The translations under genes and the position numbers were made by a program. Positions 1 through 9,256 of a stretch of DNA of 64,000 nt are shown here, in pieces. Numbering within the stretch: the stretch's first letter is position 1; the number at the start of each line of letters is the position of its first letter. The notes below the pieces were generated by a model. That model was not told where the DNA came from, ran no database searches, and saw only the letters and a program-made list of their open reading frames with translations. The DNA lies in assembly GCA_964455915.1 (NCBI GenBank), contig CAYWAS010000001.1:43882-107881 (forward strand). Reading direction: 5' to 3'. This DNA is from an uncultured Oscillibacter sp. GTDB taxonomy: Bacteria > Bacillota > Clostridia > Oscillospirales > Oscillospiraceae.

Positions 1-3000
1 TAAGTGCCCATGGCATCTAAAACAGTTTTAACATTAGGATACAGATTGGCTACAGCAGGCGTCCATTCACTATTCACATTGCTGCCTGCAAAAGACTCAT
101 TGAACGGAGCGCCCTCTTTGCCGTTTTCGATCAGAATATAGTTCAAAAGCGCGGTTTTATCCGTTTTGACGGTGACCGAAGAGGAGGAACTCAGGTTGGT
201 CGTGATGATCGGGCGCGCCGTCCCCTGTGTCTCGAAGCGGAAGCAATAGACCTCGGAGGCGGAATCCACGGATTCGCCCTGCAGGACCAGATAGACGATG
301 TACTGGGTCTTCGGCTGCAGATCCGAGAGCGCAATGGTGGAGGTCACGCCTGTGTACTGTCCGCTGCCGGAGAAGACACCGGGCGCAGTAAATCCCTTTT
401 TGATCTGCTGGCTGCTCGGCATCGTAGTGGTAACAGCTCCGGTCAGATTCGCCGGCAGAGTCTCCCACTGTTCTATCGTCTGGATTGGATTTCCCTTATA
501 TTCCGTATATACCTTGCCGAGGGGTGCCACAACATAGAAGTAGCGTGAATTGGGGCGATCCAGCGTCAGGTCAACAGTTGCACCGGCATCTCCCGCGTCG
601 ATCTTGAGATAGGTGAATTTCGGCGGAGTGTTGTCCATAAAGGTATAGCGAACCGAGAAAGCCATCTCTCCCGCGGGCAGGGTGATGTCCATGACATTAT
701 CTCGCACGACGCTCCCGTAAAGACCGGAATTCTTCAGGGTACGGGTCACCTCTGTCAGCTTTCCCGCGGTACCCGAAACCGCCGTGACATAAACAGTGAT
801 CGGCTGATTCCAGTTAGCACTGTTTCCCTCGCCGTTGATGGAGGTTATTTTGATCCCGTATTCCCGCGCCTTCAGGTCCTTCAACTGGCTCATCTCACCG
901 ATCAGATCCTCATTGACATCGCTGTTCGCGGCAATATAGCTCATGGTGACGCCGAGGCGCTTTCCGTCATTGTTGTTGCCGATCTCGCCTTTGTTGCCGA
1001 CCTTTGTCCACTCGTCAGCACCGTTCTTCTCTCTGTAATACAGCTCAAATTCGATCGAGTCATCACACCAGAAGATCAGATCGGTGTAGATGTCCGCCGT
1101 CATGCTGTCGTTCGAGATCGGTGTGGCATCAAAGTTCATGTGGAACTGGACCGTGCCTCCACCGCTCGCCAGCGTGCCGCCGGTCTTCGTCCCCTCCGCC
1201 AGGAACACCTGCGCGGAGACGACCGTGAATTCAGGGAGCTGGACGCCCTTTGCGCTGCCCGTCATCATGTTGGTGTTGTTGGAAGTGTCGCCGACATCGC
1301 GCACGACAAAGTAATAGGTCGCGCCGCCGGAAAGATTCGTAGCGCTCTTCCCTTTGTTTGCGGCAACGCTCTCGTCGTAATACGGGAAGGTGACGGTCAT
1401 CTTGCCCGAGCCCTCGGGATCGAGCGTGACCACCGCGTTACGATAGTCGATGTCCCAGTCCGTATCCGAATCATTGGTTCGCACGGTCGCGAGCTTCGCG
1501 CTCCCGCCCTCCGACGGGTAGATATACAGCTCGATGTGGCGCGCCAGCATCTCCGCAAAGGCTTTTTTATCCGTCTCGTTGTTCAATTTCTGATAGAGCT
1601 CAAGGAAGGGATACAGCGTCCGGTTTGCGCCGGAGAAGGTAACGCCCTGCACCGATTCGGAGAACACAAGGTCGATGTTCGTATCGGGATACGGGATTGG
1701 CTTGGCGTCCGTGCCGTCGTTCTTGGTGAACTCCTGCGTCACCGTCGGTCCCACATTGTCTTCGGTGTTGATCTGAAGGGGCGGGACGAGCGGCTCGCTG
1801 TAAACATTATAATTGCCGGACTTGTCCTTTGCGACATAATAGAGATCGTATGCGGTCTGCGGCTCCAGACCGCTGATCTTAAAGGTATTCTCCGTCGATG
1901 CCTTGCTGGCTGCCTTATTGCCCTTTTTCAGCGCGCCGATGCCGGTCTCGATCTGCATTTTGGCAGCCTCGGTGTTCTTGCCGTCCAGCGTGTCTTGGAT
2001 ATCCGCGCTGTAGAACTGCGTGCCCTTTTTCACCACAGCCCAGTAAATCGTGCCCGGTTCATCGAGCGCGAAGGTCAGCTCCACGCTCTTTGCATCGACA
2101 CCCGTCACGGTCAGGCGCTGGATTTTCGGCGCGGTATAGTCCGGCGTCTCGACCGTCAGCTTTTTGACGGCGGAGCTCTTGCTTCCGTCGATATCGGTCA
2201 GCCACAGATAAAGCTCGTACTTCGTCTGCTCCTTGAGGTGCAGTGTATTCACCGGAGAGATCAGGAAGGGCGAATTCTTCCTCAGATCTGCCGAGCCGTA
2301 GCCGAGGTTTCCGCTCACGGCCGCAGCCTTGAAGTCCGCCGCCTTCGGCGCGGTCGCGCCCACGGGCAGCAGCGCGTAGTAGACTCTGCAATCCTTATTT
2401 GCCATCACCCGCGACTGCAGCACGATCTTCCCGTCGGTATCCTTCGTCAGGATCGCCGTGGGGTATCCGGTCGCAAACGCCGGCGTCGTATCGTCAGGAG
2501 TTGAGAAGGCAATCACCTTTACAGGGCTGCGCATTCCGCGGCTATCCTCGAGCAGCGCGGAAACATAGTAGGAGCCGCCGGAGGTCAGGCCGGAGAGCTT
2601 GGCGAGGACCTCGGTATTCGAGGATTCGACCGCAATGCTCCCGCTCTTGATGATCTTGGCGGAGCCAAGCGGCTTAACAAGCTGATCTTCCCGCACCGAG
2701 CCGTCTGCCAGCGCGGTGACCGCCCAGTAGAGCGTACCCTTTTTATTGGTGCTGAAGGTGAGCTGCGCGCTCTTGGCGGCGATCTCCCCCGCCTTCGGGT
2801 AGCCGGAGAGGATACGCGGGTCGGTGGAGGACTCCGCCGCGGCAGCGGCGTCCATCTCCTCTTCATGGATATTTGCCGTTATGCCGGGCCGCACGGTGAT
2901 CGTATCCGGCAGCATGGTCACGGTCGAGCCTGCGGTGCCGACATTCAGATGGTCGATATCGCCGGTTCCGGAAACGCTCGTTCCGGTGTCCAGATTCAGG

Positions 3001-4175
3001 TTCTTGACGCTTGCGCCGGTACTCACGGTCACGCTGCTGCCGACCGCCTTCTCGTCCACCGTCACGATATTGGCGATGCCCTGCGCGATGTCGAGCTTCG
3101 ACGAGGGCGTGCGGTTCACGAGCTCCTTGATGTTGCCCGCGACCTGCAGCGTCGCGCCCGAGGTGCTGTTGAACTCGATCCGCTTCAGACCGAGCCCGTC
3201 CTTGGTCACATCTTCGATATAGGAAGAGGTGCGTACATCGCTTTTCCCGATGTTCGTCAGACCCTCCGCGCGGATAGACAGCGTCTGGTTCGTCATGCTG
3301 TCGATCACAAGCTCCTCCGCCGTCACATTGCGCAGGATCACGCTGTTTTCGCCCGCCTGGGCAACGCCGCCGCCGGCAACGACGATGCGCCCCTGAACGG
3401 TCACATTTTCCAGCACGACATCTTCCAGACCGACGCCGCCGGCAAGATAGAGATTGCCTGTGACGACCGTATTTTTCAGCGTGACGCCGGGGGCCGTGAT
3501 CGTCAGGTGTGTGTAGGCGCCGATGTTGCTGTACTCACCGGGTTCCTGGATACGGGTACCGAGGGCGCGGACGAGGAAGGTCGCCATCTGTCCCTGCGTT
3601 ACAGGATCCAGCGGACCGAAGTTTCCGTCGCCGTATCCCTTGATGATGCCGAGCCTTGCCGCCTGCTGCACAAGGCCGCGGCTCCAGTTCGCCATCTTAC
3701 GGCTGTCGGCAAAGTCCACGACCTCGCCGCTGGTCCCCTCCAGGCGCAGGTTGCGCGCAAGCAGCACCGCCGCCTGCTCGCGGGTCACCGGAGCGTTCGG
3801 CGAAGCCGTGGTGTCCGATGTCCCCTTAAAATATCCCGCCTGACGGGCGATCCTGATGTCCTCCGCGTACCACGCAGACTCCGGCACATCTGTATACGGA
3901 TTCGGCCCGACCTCCGTGTAGCCGAAGGCGCGGTTGACCATCGCGACAAAATCCGCGCGGGTGAGCTGCTTGTTCCCGTCGACATTCCCCGAGGCGTCGG
4001 GACGGATCACGCCCCACTCCACCGCGGTGTCCAGATACGGGTCCATCCAGGTCGCCGCCTCTGTTCTGACCGTCGCAGCGGAAAGCAGCGCGCACAGCAG
4101 CGCGAGGAAGCACGCTCCTGCCATCGCGATCCGTGCCGTTGAAAAAATATCCCGTCGTTTGTTTTTGATCATCAT
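1..4175 (-). CDS. Large S-layer homology (SLH) domain surface protein with FN3/Ig-like repeats; 3' end truncated by the window edge (>=1391 aa)
   Basis: Manual translation from ATG 4175: signal peptide (MMIKNKRRDIF...ALLCALLSAA), then SLH-type motifs (LTRADFVAMV, VTREQAAVLL, GIIKGYGDGNFGPLDPVTQGQMATFL). Spot-checked in frame at about 2400, 1600, 1200 and 3-60. Absent from the ORF track, consistent with no stop inside the window. Confidence 0.9.
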   Translation of the reverse strand, partial: MMIKNKRRDIFSTARIAMAGACFLALLCALLSAATVRTEAATWMDPYLDTAVEWGVIRPDASGNVDGNKQLTRADFVAMVNRAFGYTEVGPNPYTDVPESAWYAEDIRIARQAGYFKGTSDTTASPNAPVTREQAAVLLARNLRLEGTSGEVVDFADSRKMANWSRGLVQQAARLGIIKGYGDGNFGPLDPVTQGQMATFLVRALGTRIQEPGEYSNIGAYTHLTITAPGVTLKNTVVTGNLYLAGGVGLEDVVLENVTVQGRIVVAGGGVAQAGENSVILRNVTAEELVIDSMTNQTLSIRAEGLTNIGKSDVRTSSYIEDVTKDGLGLKRIEFNSTSGATLQVAGNIKELVNRTPSSKLDIAQGIANIVTVDEKAVGSSVTVSTGASVKNLNLDTGTSVSGTGDIDHLNVGTAGSTVTMLPDTITVRPGITANIHEEEMDAAAAAESSTDPRILSGYPKAGEIAAKSAQLTFSTNKKGTLYWAVTALADGSVREDQLVKPLGSAKIIKSGSIAVESSNTEVLAKLSGLTSGGSYYVSALLEDSRGMRSPVKVIAFSTPDDTTPAFATGYPTAILTKDTDGKIVLQSRVMANKDCRVYYALLPVGATAPKAADFKAAAVSGNLGYGSADLRKNSPFLISPVNTLHLKEQTKYELYLWLTDIDGSKSSAVKKLTVETPDYTAPKIQRLTVTGVDAKSVELTFALDEPGTIYWAVVKKGTQFYSADIQDTLDGKNTEAAKMQIETGIGALKKGNKAASKASTENTFKISGLEPQTAYDLYYVAKDKSGNYNVYSEPLVPPLQINTEDNVGPTVTQEFTKNDGTDAKPIPYPDTNIDLVFSESVQGVTFSGANRTLYPFLELYQKLNNETDKKAFAEMLARHIELYIYPSEGGSAKLATVRTNDSDTDWDIDYRNAVVTLDPEGSGKMTVTFPYYDESVAANKGKSATNLSGGATYYFVVRDVGDTSNNTNMMTGSAKGVQLPEFTVVSAQVFLAEGTKTGGTLASGGGTVQFHMNFDATPISNDSMTADIYTDLIFWCDDSIEFELYYREKNGADEWTKVGNKGEIGNNNDGKRLGVTMSYIAANSDVNEDLIGEMSQLKDLKAREYGIKITSINGEGNSANWNQPITVYVTAVSGTAGKLTEVTRTLKNSGLYGSVVRDNVMDITLPAGEMAFSVRYTFMDNTPPKFTYLKIDAGDAGATVDLTLDRPNSRYFYVVAPLGKVYTEYKGNPIQTIEQWETLPANLTGAVTTTMPSSQQIKKGFTAPGVFSGSGQYTGVTSTIALSDLQPKTQYIVYLVLQGESVDSASEVYCFRFETQGTARPIITTNLSSSSSVTVKTDKTALLNYILIENGKEGAPFNESFAGSNVNSEWTPAVANLYPNVKTVLDAMGT

Positions 4176-4223
4176 AAGCTCGTTACTCCTGCTCTTTCTG
4201 TTTCGTGTTTTTCCGCGCCTTCC

Positions 4224-4814
4224 TCAAAGGGCGGTCCGATCGGCCCGGATCTGCACGCCGAATACGGCGCGGCGGATCATCTTCTCTTCATCGTGGCAAA
4301 GCTCTACAAACTTTGCCGCATACAGCGATCTGCCGTTTTTCAGGTCGTTTCTCTTCAGGATACGACCGCGCACGATCAGCGGCTGCTCGGTGATCGGGAT
4401 CACGATCTCCATGACCTCGCCGACCTCGTGCCCCTGCGGGGCATAAAAGGCGATGCCGCCGCAGCTCAGGTCCACGGACTCGATGGCCTCGCGTCCGCGG
4501 CCCTTCTCGTACAGAGGATACAGGAAGCTCTCAAAGCTCACCGGAATGCGCAGATTGCTGCGCACGCCCGCGTCGAGCACCTCGAGCCTTTCCAGCACGA
4601 GTTCTTCTCCTCTGCGCTCCACAACGCTGCACTTGAGCATACAGTCGTCCTCGATCCCGAGAAGCTGCACGATCTCAAGCTCTGCGACCTCTCCGGCCCG
4701 CCGGTCCGGGACCCGCACGCGCAGGCGCTCCGCCTGCTCCGGTCCGATCAGAAATGCCTTTGCGACCGGACTGCTCCGGCAGTCCAGCAATAGGCACATA
4801 CGCTCTTCACTCAT
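4224..4814 (-). CDS. PilZ-domain protein (YcgR/flagellar-brake-like c-di-GMP effector)
   Basis: PilZ motifs RxxxR (RSNLR) and D/NxSxxG (DLSCGG). Confidence 0.85.
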   Translation of the reverse strand: MSEERMCLLLDCRSSPVAKAFLIGPEQAERLRVRVPDRRAGEVAELEIVQLLGIEDDCMLKCSVVERRGEELVLERLEVLDAGVRSNLRIPVSFESFLYPLYEKGRGREAIESVDLSCGGIAFYAPQGHEVGEVMEIVIPITEQPLIVRGRILKRNDLKNGRSLYAAKFVELCHDEEKMIRRAVFGVQIRADRTAL

Positions 4815-5140
4815 GCCTGCTCCGTCTCCTTTCGCTCCCCGTCCTCCGCGGCCTGCGTCCGGTCTTCTCCGGACGGGTCAAAGTGCAGAAAATACACATA
4901 GATCTCAACGATCGCCTGATAAAGACTCTCGGGGATCTCCTGTCCCAGCTTTAGCTGCGTCAGCATGGTCGCCAGCGAGGTGTCCTCATAGATCGGCACC
5001 TCGCAGTCTGCCGCGACCTCTACGATCCGCTCCGCCATATAGCCCATGCCGGAGGCGACGACGACGGGCGCCGCATCGTTCTCTCCGTAGCGGAGCGCAA
5101 CAGCCTTTTTGCTTTGTCCTTCCCGATCATACCTTGACAT
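4811..5140 (-). CDS. FlhB C-terminal-domain-like protein (YlqH/FlhX-type export switch homolog)
   Basis: KAVALRY...APVVVASGMGYMAERIVEVA...VPIYED...GQEIPESLYQAIVEI parallels the C-terminal part of the FlhB in this window; no NPTH motif. Confidence 0.85.
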   Translation of the reverse strand: MSRYDREGQSKKAVALRYGENDAAPVVVASGMGYMAERIVEVAADCEVPIYEDTSLATMLTQLKLGQEIPESLYQAIVEIYVYFLHFDPSGEDRTQAAEDGERKETEQA

Positions 5141-6560
5141 TGATGCTGTTCATCCCTTCAAAAATCTTCGGGAACACCTCTGTCAGTGTACCAGGGCGCC
5201 CCATCCGCCGGACCGTTACCGTGCCGGTCTGCAATCCGTTGCGGGTCAGGATTTCCCTGATCCCGCTCTCGATGACCTTCGTATGTCCGCTCACTGTCTC
5301 GGGATAGGAAACATTCACATCTACGATATCCTCCCTGCTTTGCAGGACGATATCGAAAAGCCCGAGCTGCTGCACATCCATCTTGATCAGGACCCGCGTC
5401 GTCTGTTCGCGCGCGCCGCCCTTCTTCCCCTGCTCCTGCTCGGCATCGGGATCGACCCACATCTCGGAGAAGAGCATACGATCCTCCCACCGGAGCGGGA
5501 GCAGATAATGGTTGAGCGGCATATAAACGCTCTCGTTGAGCAGCATGGCGCGGACAAGGTCCTGATAGATCGGCTGGAGCTCCGCCCCCTCGCCGCCGCG
5601 CATTCCGCGGGCAGCCAGCGCCGTGAGCTGGTCGGCAAAGCGGACCGCGCGGGAGTCGGGGTCGAGCTGATTGCGCTTGAGGATCTCCAGCAGCCCGTTG
5701 TCGTCGATCCTGCCCAGCATATCCTTCAGCGTTCCGTAGCTGGTCAGGCGGTGGAACGCGGAGAGCATATTTTCAAGCGACCCGCTCTCATACCGCGCGA
5801 CATTCAGTGCAAGCATGGTCGTGAGCTCACGGGGCAGTCCCATGTCGTGCGTCTGCTCGATATATTTTGAAATGTACGGAAGGATCTCCTTTTGGAGAAT
5901 CTGGAGGTTTCCTGCCCTGTCCCCCGCCAGAATGCCGTTGTTGAGCCGCGCGAGCATATCCCTGAGCTTCTCCGCCCAGCCGGACGGTATGGCGTCCGTC
6001 ATCATGTTCAGGTTGCGCAGAAGATTTTCCTCGATATGCTGCGTGGAGGAGTGATCCAGATAGTGCTTGATGAATTGCAGGATATCCTCCCGCACCGCGT
6101 CGGACGCCGCGCTTGCGTAGGCGTTGCGCAGCAGGGCAAACAGCGCTCCGTTCAATCGGCTCCCGGACTTCATCTGCTCGGCGAGAAATTCAAGGAGCTG
6201 CTGCCTGTCCATTTGCAGCATGGACAGGATCTGCGACATTTCCTCCGAAACGCCGCCCCTGATGCCGGAGCTGACAACGCCCCCCTCCTTCATCGCAAGA
6301 AGGCGCGAGAGGCTCTCTGTCAGGCTCGGCGCTTTCTGCATACGCTCGACAAAGGTCTGGAAATTCGAATCGTAACGGATCTTGCCGTCTCCCTGCAGGT
6401 TGCTGTCCTGCCGCTCCGTCCTGCCGTCTCCGCGGCTGACCTTTGTCAGATCCGGACTGTTCTGGATCTGCACCTTTTCCGGCGAGACCGGCACACTGCG
6501 GTTGACATTTGATTTATCATAGCCCGGAACAGGGTTGGTCGCTCCTAAAATATCCGGCAC
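5127..6560 (-). CDS. Hypothetical protein with a possible FliK-like C-terminal domain (YlqG-like position)
   Basis: 477-aa ORF, GTG start with GGAGGG RBS. C-terminal beta-rich segment (RVLIKMDVQQLGLFDIVLQ...VDVNVSY) resembles FliK-C; directly upstream of the FlhB-C-like gene. Confidence 0.55.
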   Translation of the reverse strand: MPDILGATNPVPGYDKSNVNRSVPVSPEKVQIQNSPDLTKVSRGDGRTERQDSNLQGDGKIRYDSNFQTFVERMQKAPSLTESLSRLLAMKEGGVVSSGIRGGVSEEMSQILSMLQMDRQQLLEFLAEQMKSGSRLNGALFALLRNAYASAASDAVREDILQFIKHYLDHSSTQHIEENLLRNLNMMTDAIPSGWAEKLRDMLARLNNGILAGDRAGNLQILQKEILPYISKYIEQTHDMGLPRELTTMLALNVARYESGSLENMLSAFHRLTSYGTLKDMLGRIDDNGLLEILKRNQLDPDSRAVRFADQLTALAARGMRGGEGAELQPIYQDLVRAMLLNESVYMPLNHYLLPLRWEDRMLFSEMWVDPDAEQEQGKKGGAREQTTRVLIKMDVQQLGLFDIVLQSREDIVDVNVSYPETVSGHTKVIESGIREILTRNGLQTGTVTVRRMGRPGTLTEVFPKIFEGMNSINVKV

Positions 6561-6593
6561 GGTAAAGTCCCTCCATAAAAATTTTCAAAAACG

Positions 6594-6622
6594 CTTATTT
6601 TTTCACGACACACTGTCGATAA
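6594..6622 (+). promoter_or_regulatory. Putative sigma28 (FliA/SigD) promoter of the cheA operon
   Basis: -10 GTCGATAA at 6615-6622 with CTTATTTTT starting 21 bp upstream; same architecture as upstream of fliD and fliC. Confidence 0.6.
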
Positions 6623-6653
6623 AAATAATAAAAAGAAAAAAGGGTGGTGCTTT

Positions 6654-8750
6654 ATGAGCAGCAATAATGATATGTTAGATGTTTATATCTACGAGGCAAA
6701 TGCGTTGCTGGAGCAGCTTGAAACGATCAATCTGGAATCCGAGCGCTCCAATACCTTCTCGCAGGATCAGGTCAATGAGATCTTCCGCATCATGCATACG
6801 ATCAAGGGTTCCTCTGCCATGATGGAGTTCGACTCCCTCGCCACGGTCTCCCATCGCATCGAGGATCTGTTCTTCCTGATCCGCGAGGGGACGATGGACG
6901 CGGTCCCCGCCGCCGACCGTCCCGCGCTGTTTGAGATGATGTTCCAGAGTGTGGACTTTTTCCGCACCGAGCTGGACCGGATCACAAACCAGCAGCCTCT
7001 TTCTAATGATATCGACAGTTTTCTGGAAAAAATTAATAGCCTGATCCAAAAAATTAAGGGCGACACAGCGGCGGAGGGCGACGCGTCCGCTGCCGCTCCC
7101 GCGGCCGCCGAGGCATCGTCCGACGAGGCCGGAAACGCAGATTTCCCCTATGAGCTGCGCGTCTTTTTCGACGAGGGCTGCGGCATGGAGAATCTGCGCG
7201 CATTTATGCTCGTCACCTCCATTCGGGACTTCTGCAGCGAGGCGGACTTCCTCTTTGAGCCGACCGCCGTTGAAAATGATGCCTCCACCGCCGAGCAGAT
7301 CATCAAGCAGGGTTTCCTCCTGCGCTTCCGCAACAAGGCGGACCGCGAGCAGGCGATCCCCGCCGTGCGCTCGTCCGGCTCGGTGAATTCCTATCAGCCC
7401 CACGACTATGCCCCGCCGGCGCGTCCTGCGGAGCCCGCTGCACAGGAATCTTCCTCCGCTGCACCTTCTGCGGCGGCTGCGGAGAAGGCTCCCGCCGCTC
7501 CCGCGGTTTCCGCTGCGCCCGCTCCGTCCGGCAGCGATGCTCCCTCTCCCGCAGCCACGCAGCATCAGAAGGAGAGTCTGATCAGCGTCAACCTGAGCAA
7601 GCTCGACCAACTCTCCGCGCTCGTCGGCGAGATCGTCATTACCGAGGCGATGGTCACCGCGTCGCCCGATCTCAAGGGTCTGGGCAATCTGGATTCGTTC
7701 GCCAAGTCCGCCCGCCAGCTCCGCAAGCTGACCGACGAGCTGCAAGATGTTTCCATGTCCCTGCGCATGATCCCCATTTCCAACACCTTCCAGAAAATGA
7801 ACCGCATCGTCCGCGACATGAGCAAGAAGCTCAACAAGAAGGCGACGCTGACGCTGATCGGCGCGGACACCGAGGTCGACAAGACCATCGTGGACAGCAT
7901 CGGCGATCCCATCATGCACATGATCCGCAACTCCATGGACCACGGCATTGAGGAGACCGAGGAGGAGCGCATCGCCGCGGGCAAGGATCCCGTCGGTGAG
8001 ATCACGCTCTCCGCGCAGGACACCGGAAGCGAGGTCATCATCACGATCCAGGACGACGGGCGCGGCGTGAACGACGAGGCGGTTTTGAAAAAGGCGATCA
8101 AGAACGGGCTCGCGAACCCCGATCTGGAATACTCGCACAAGGAGATCCTCAACTTCCTCCTCATGCCCGGGTTTTCCACCAACACGCAGGTCACCGAATA
8201 CTCCGGCCGCGGCGTCGGCATGGACGTGGTCAAGCGCAGCGTCGAAGATCTCGGCGGCTCGGTCAGCATTTCCAGCGAAGAGGGGCGCGGCATGACCACC
8301 GTGATGCGCATTCCCCTGACCATGGCCATTATGGACGGTATGGAGGTCTCTGTCGGCGACTCGCTCTTCACGATCCCCATCAACAATATCCTCCAGAGCC
8401 TGAAGGTCTCCGCCTCGGATATCCTGCACGATTCCGTCAACGGCGAGATGATCAAGATCAGAGAGCGCTACTATCCCATCATTCGCGCCAAGAATCACTA
8501 CTGCCTGCCCGACGGTGTCGATAACATCGAGGACGGCATTCTGATGTGGCTCGAGGCCGGTAATTGCAGCTACGCGCTTCTGGTGGATAAGCTTCTGGGC
8601 GAGCAGCAGATCGTGGTCAAGCCCCTGCCGAATTACATCAAAAATTACGACATTAAAAACTACGGCATTTCCGGCTGCAGCATCTTGGGCGACGGCAATA
8701 TCAGCATTATTCTTGATGTTGGCAACCTTTATGCCTCTGTCAATCATTGA
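6654..8750 (+). CDS. cheA: Chemotaxis histidine kinase CheA
   Basis: Hpt IFRIMHTIKGSS, N-box HMIRNSMDHGIE, DDGRG, GRGVGMDVV, C-terminal CheW-like P5 domain. Confidence 0.98.
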   Translation: MSSNNDMLDVYIYEANALLEQLETINLESERSNTFSQDQVNEIFRIMHTIKGSSAMMEFDSLATVSHRIEDLFFLIREGTMDAVPAADRPALFEMMFQSVDFFRTELDRITNQQPLSNDIDSFLEKINSLIQKIKGDTAAEGDASAAAPAAAEASSDEAGNADFPYELRVFFDEGCGMENLRAFMLVTSIRDFCSEADFLFEPTAVENDASTAEQIIKQGFLLRFRNKADREQAIPAVRSSGSVNSYQPHDYAPPARPAEPAAQESSSAAPSAAAAEKAPAAPAVSAAPAPSGSDAPSPAATQHQKESLISVNLSKLDQLSALVGEIVITEAMVTASPDLKGLGNLDSFAKSARQLRKLTDELQDVSMSLRMIPISNTFQKMNRIVRDMSKKLNKKATLTLIGADTEVDKTIVDSIGDPIMHMIRNSMDHGIEETEEERIAAGKDPVGEITLSAQDTGSEVIITIQDDGRGVNDEAVLKKAIKNGLANPDLEYSHKEILNFLLMPGFSTNTQVTEYSGRGVGMDVVKRSVEDLGGSVSISSEEGRGMTTVMRIPLTMAIMDGMEVSVGDSLFTIPINNILQSLKVSASDILHDSVNGEMIKIRERYYPIIRAKNHYCLPDGVDNIEDGILMWLEAGNCSYALLVDKLLGEQQIVVKPLPNYIKNYDIKNYGISGCSILGDGNISIILDVGNLYASVNH

Positions 8751-8770
8751 AAACTGGAGGAGCAGAATTC

Positions 8771-9256
8771 ATGAGTGTAGATAACATTGCCGTCACGGAG
8801 CTCGATGCCGAGGCGCAGCAGGAGGTTTCCCGCGCGGTCGACGCCGGCCACAACTATCTCATTTTCCTCATCGACGATCTCAAGCTCGGCGTCGACGCGG
8901 ACTATGTTGTGGAGATCCTGACCAATCAGATCATCACCTATCTTCCGATGGTCCCCAATTATGTGTGCGGCATCTTTAATATGCGCGGTCAGATCATTCC
9001 GGTGATGGATCTTCGCACGCGAATGGGCAAGCCCCCCCTTGAGGGCGACAGCCCCCTTGTCGTTTTGAGCTATGAAAACTCTCAGCTCGGTATTTTTGTC
9101 GATGCCGTTGACCAGATGATCGAGATCCCCACCGATGTACTCCACCCCGTGCCCGCACAGAAGGCGCAGATCCTCGTCTCGGAGATGTGTACGATCCCCG
9201 ATGGTTCCGGCACGATGCTGATTTTGGATTGCGAGCAGCTGTTCAGTCATGAGTAA
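8771..9256 (+). CDS. cheW: Chemotaxis adaptor CheW
   Basis: YLPMVPNYVCGIFNMRGQIIPVMDL motif; start placed at ATG 8771 behind the GGAGGAG RBS. Confidence 0.95.
   Translation: MSVDNIAVTELDAEAQQEVSRAVDAGHNYLIFLIDDLKLGVDADYVVEILTNQIITYLPMVPNYVCGIFNMRGQIIPVMDLRTRMGKPPLEGDSPLVVLSYENSQLGIFVDAVDQMIEIPTDVLHPVPAQKAQILVSEMCTIPDGSGTMLILDCEQLFSHE

Noticed and set aside
1140-4142. Long plus-strand ORFs (1140-2504, 2865-4142) and similar antisense ORFs throughout (e.g. 6675-8747, 31739-34120, 36873-39119, 39585-41924, 55972-58299, 60007-61893)
   Set aside because: Shadow frames opposite well-supported genes in GC3-rich DNA; no RBS or motifs, and Arg/His/Leu-rich composition.
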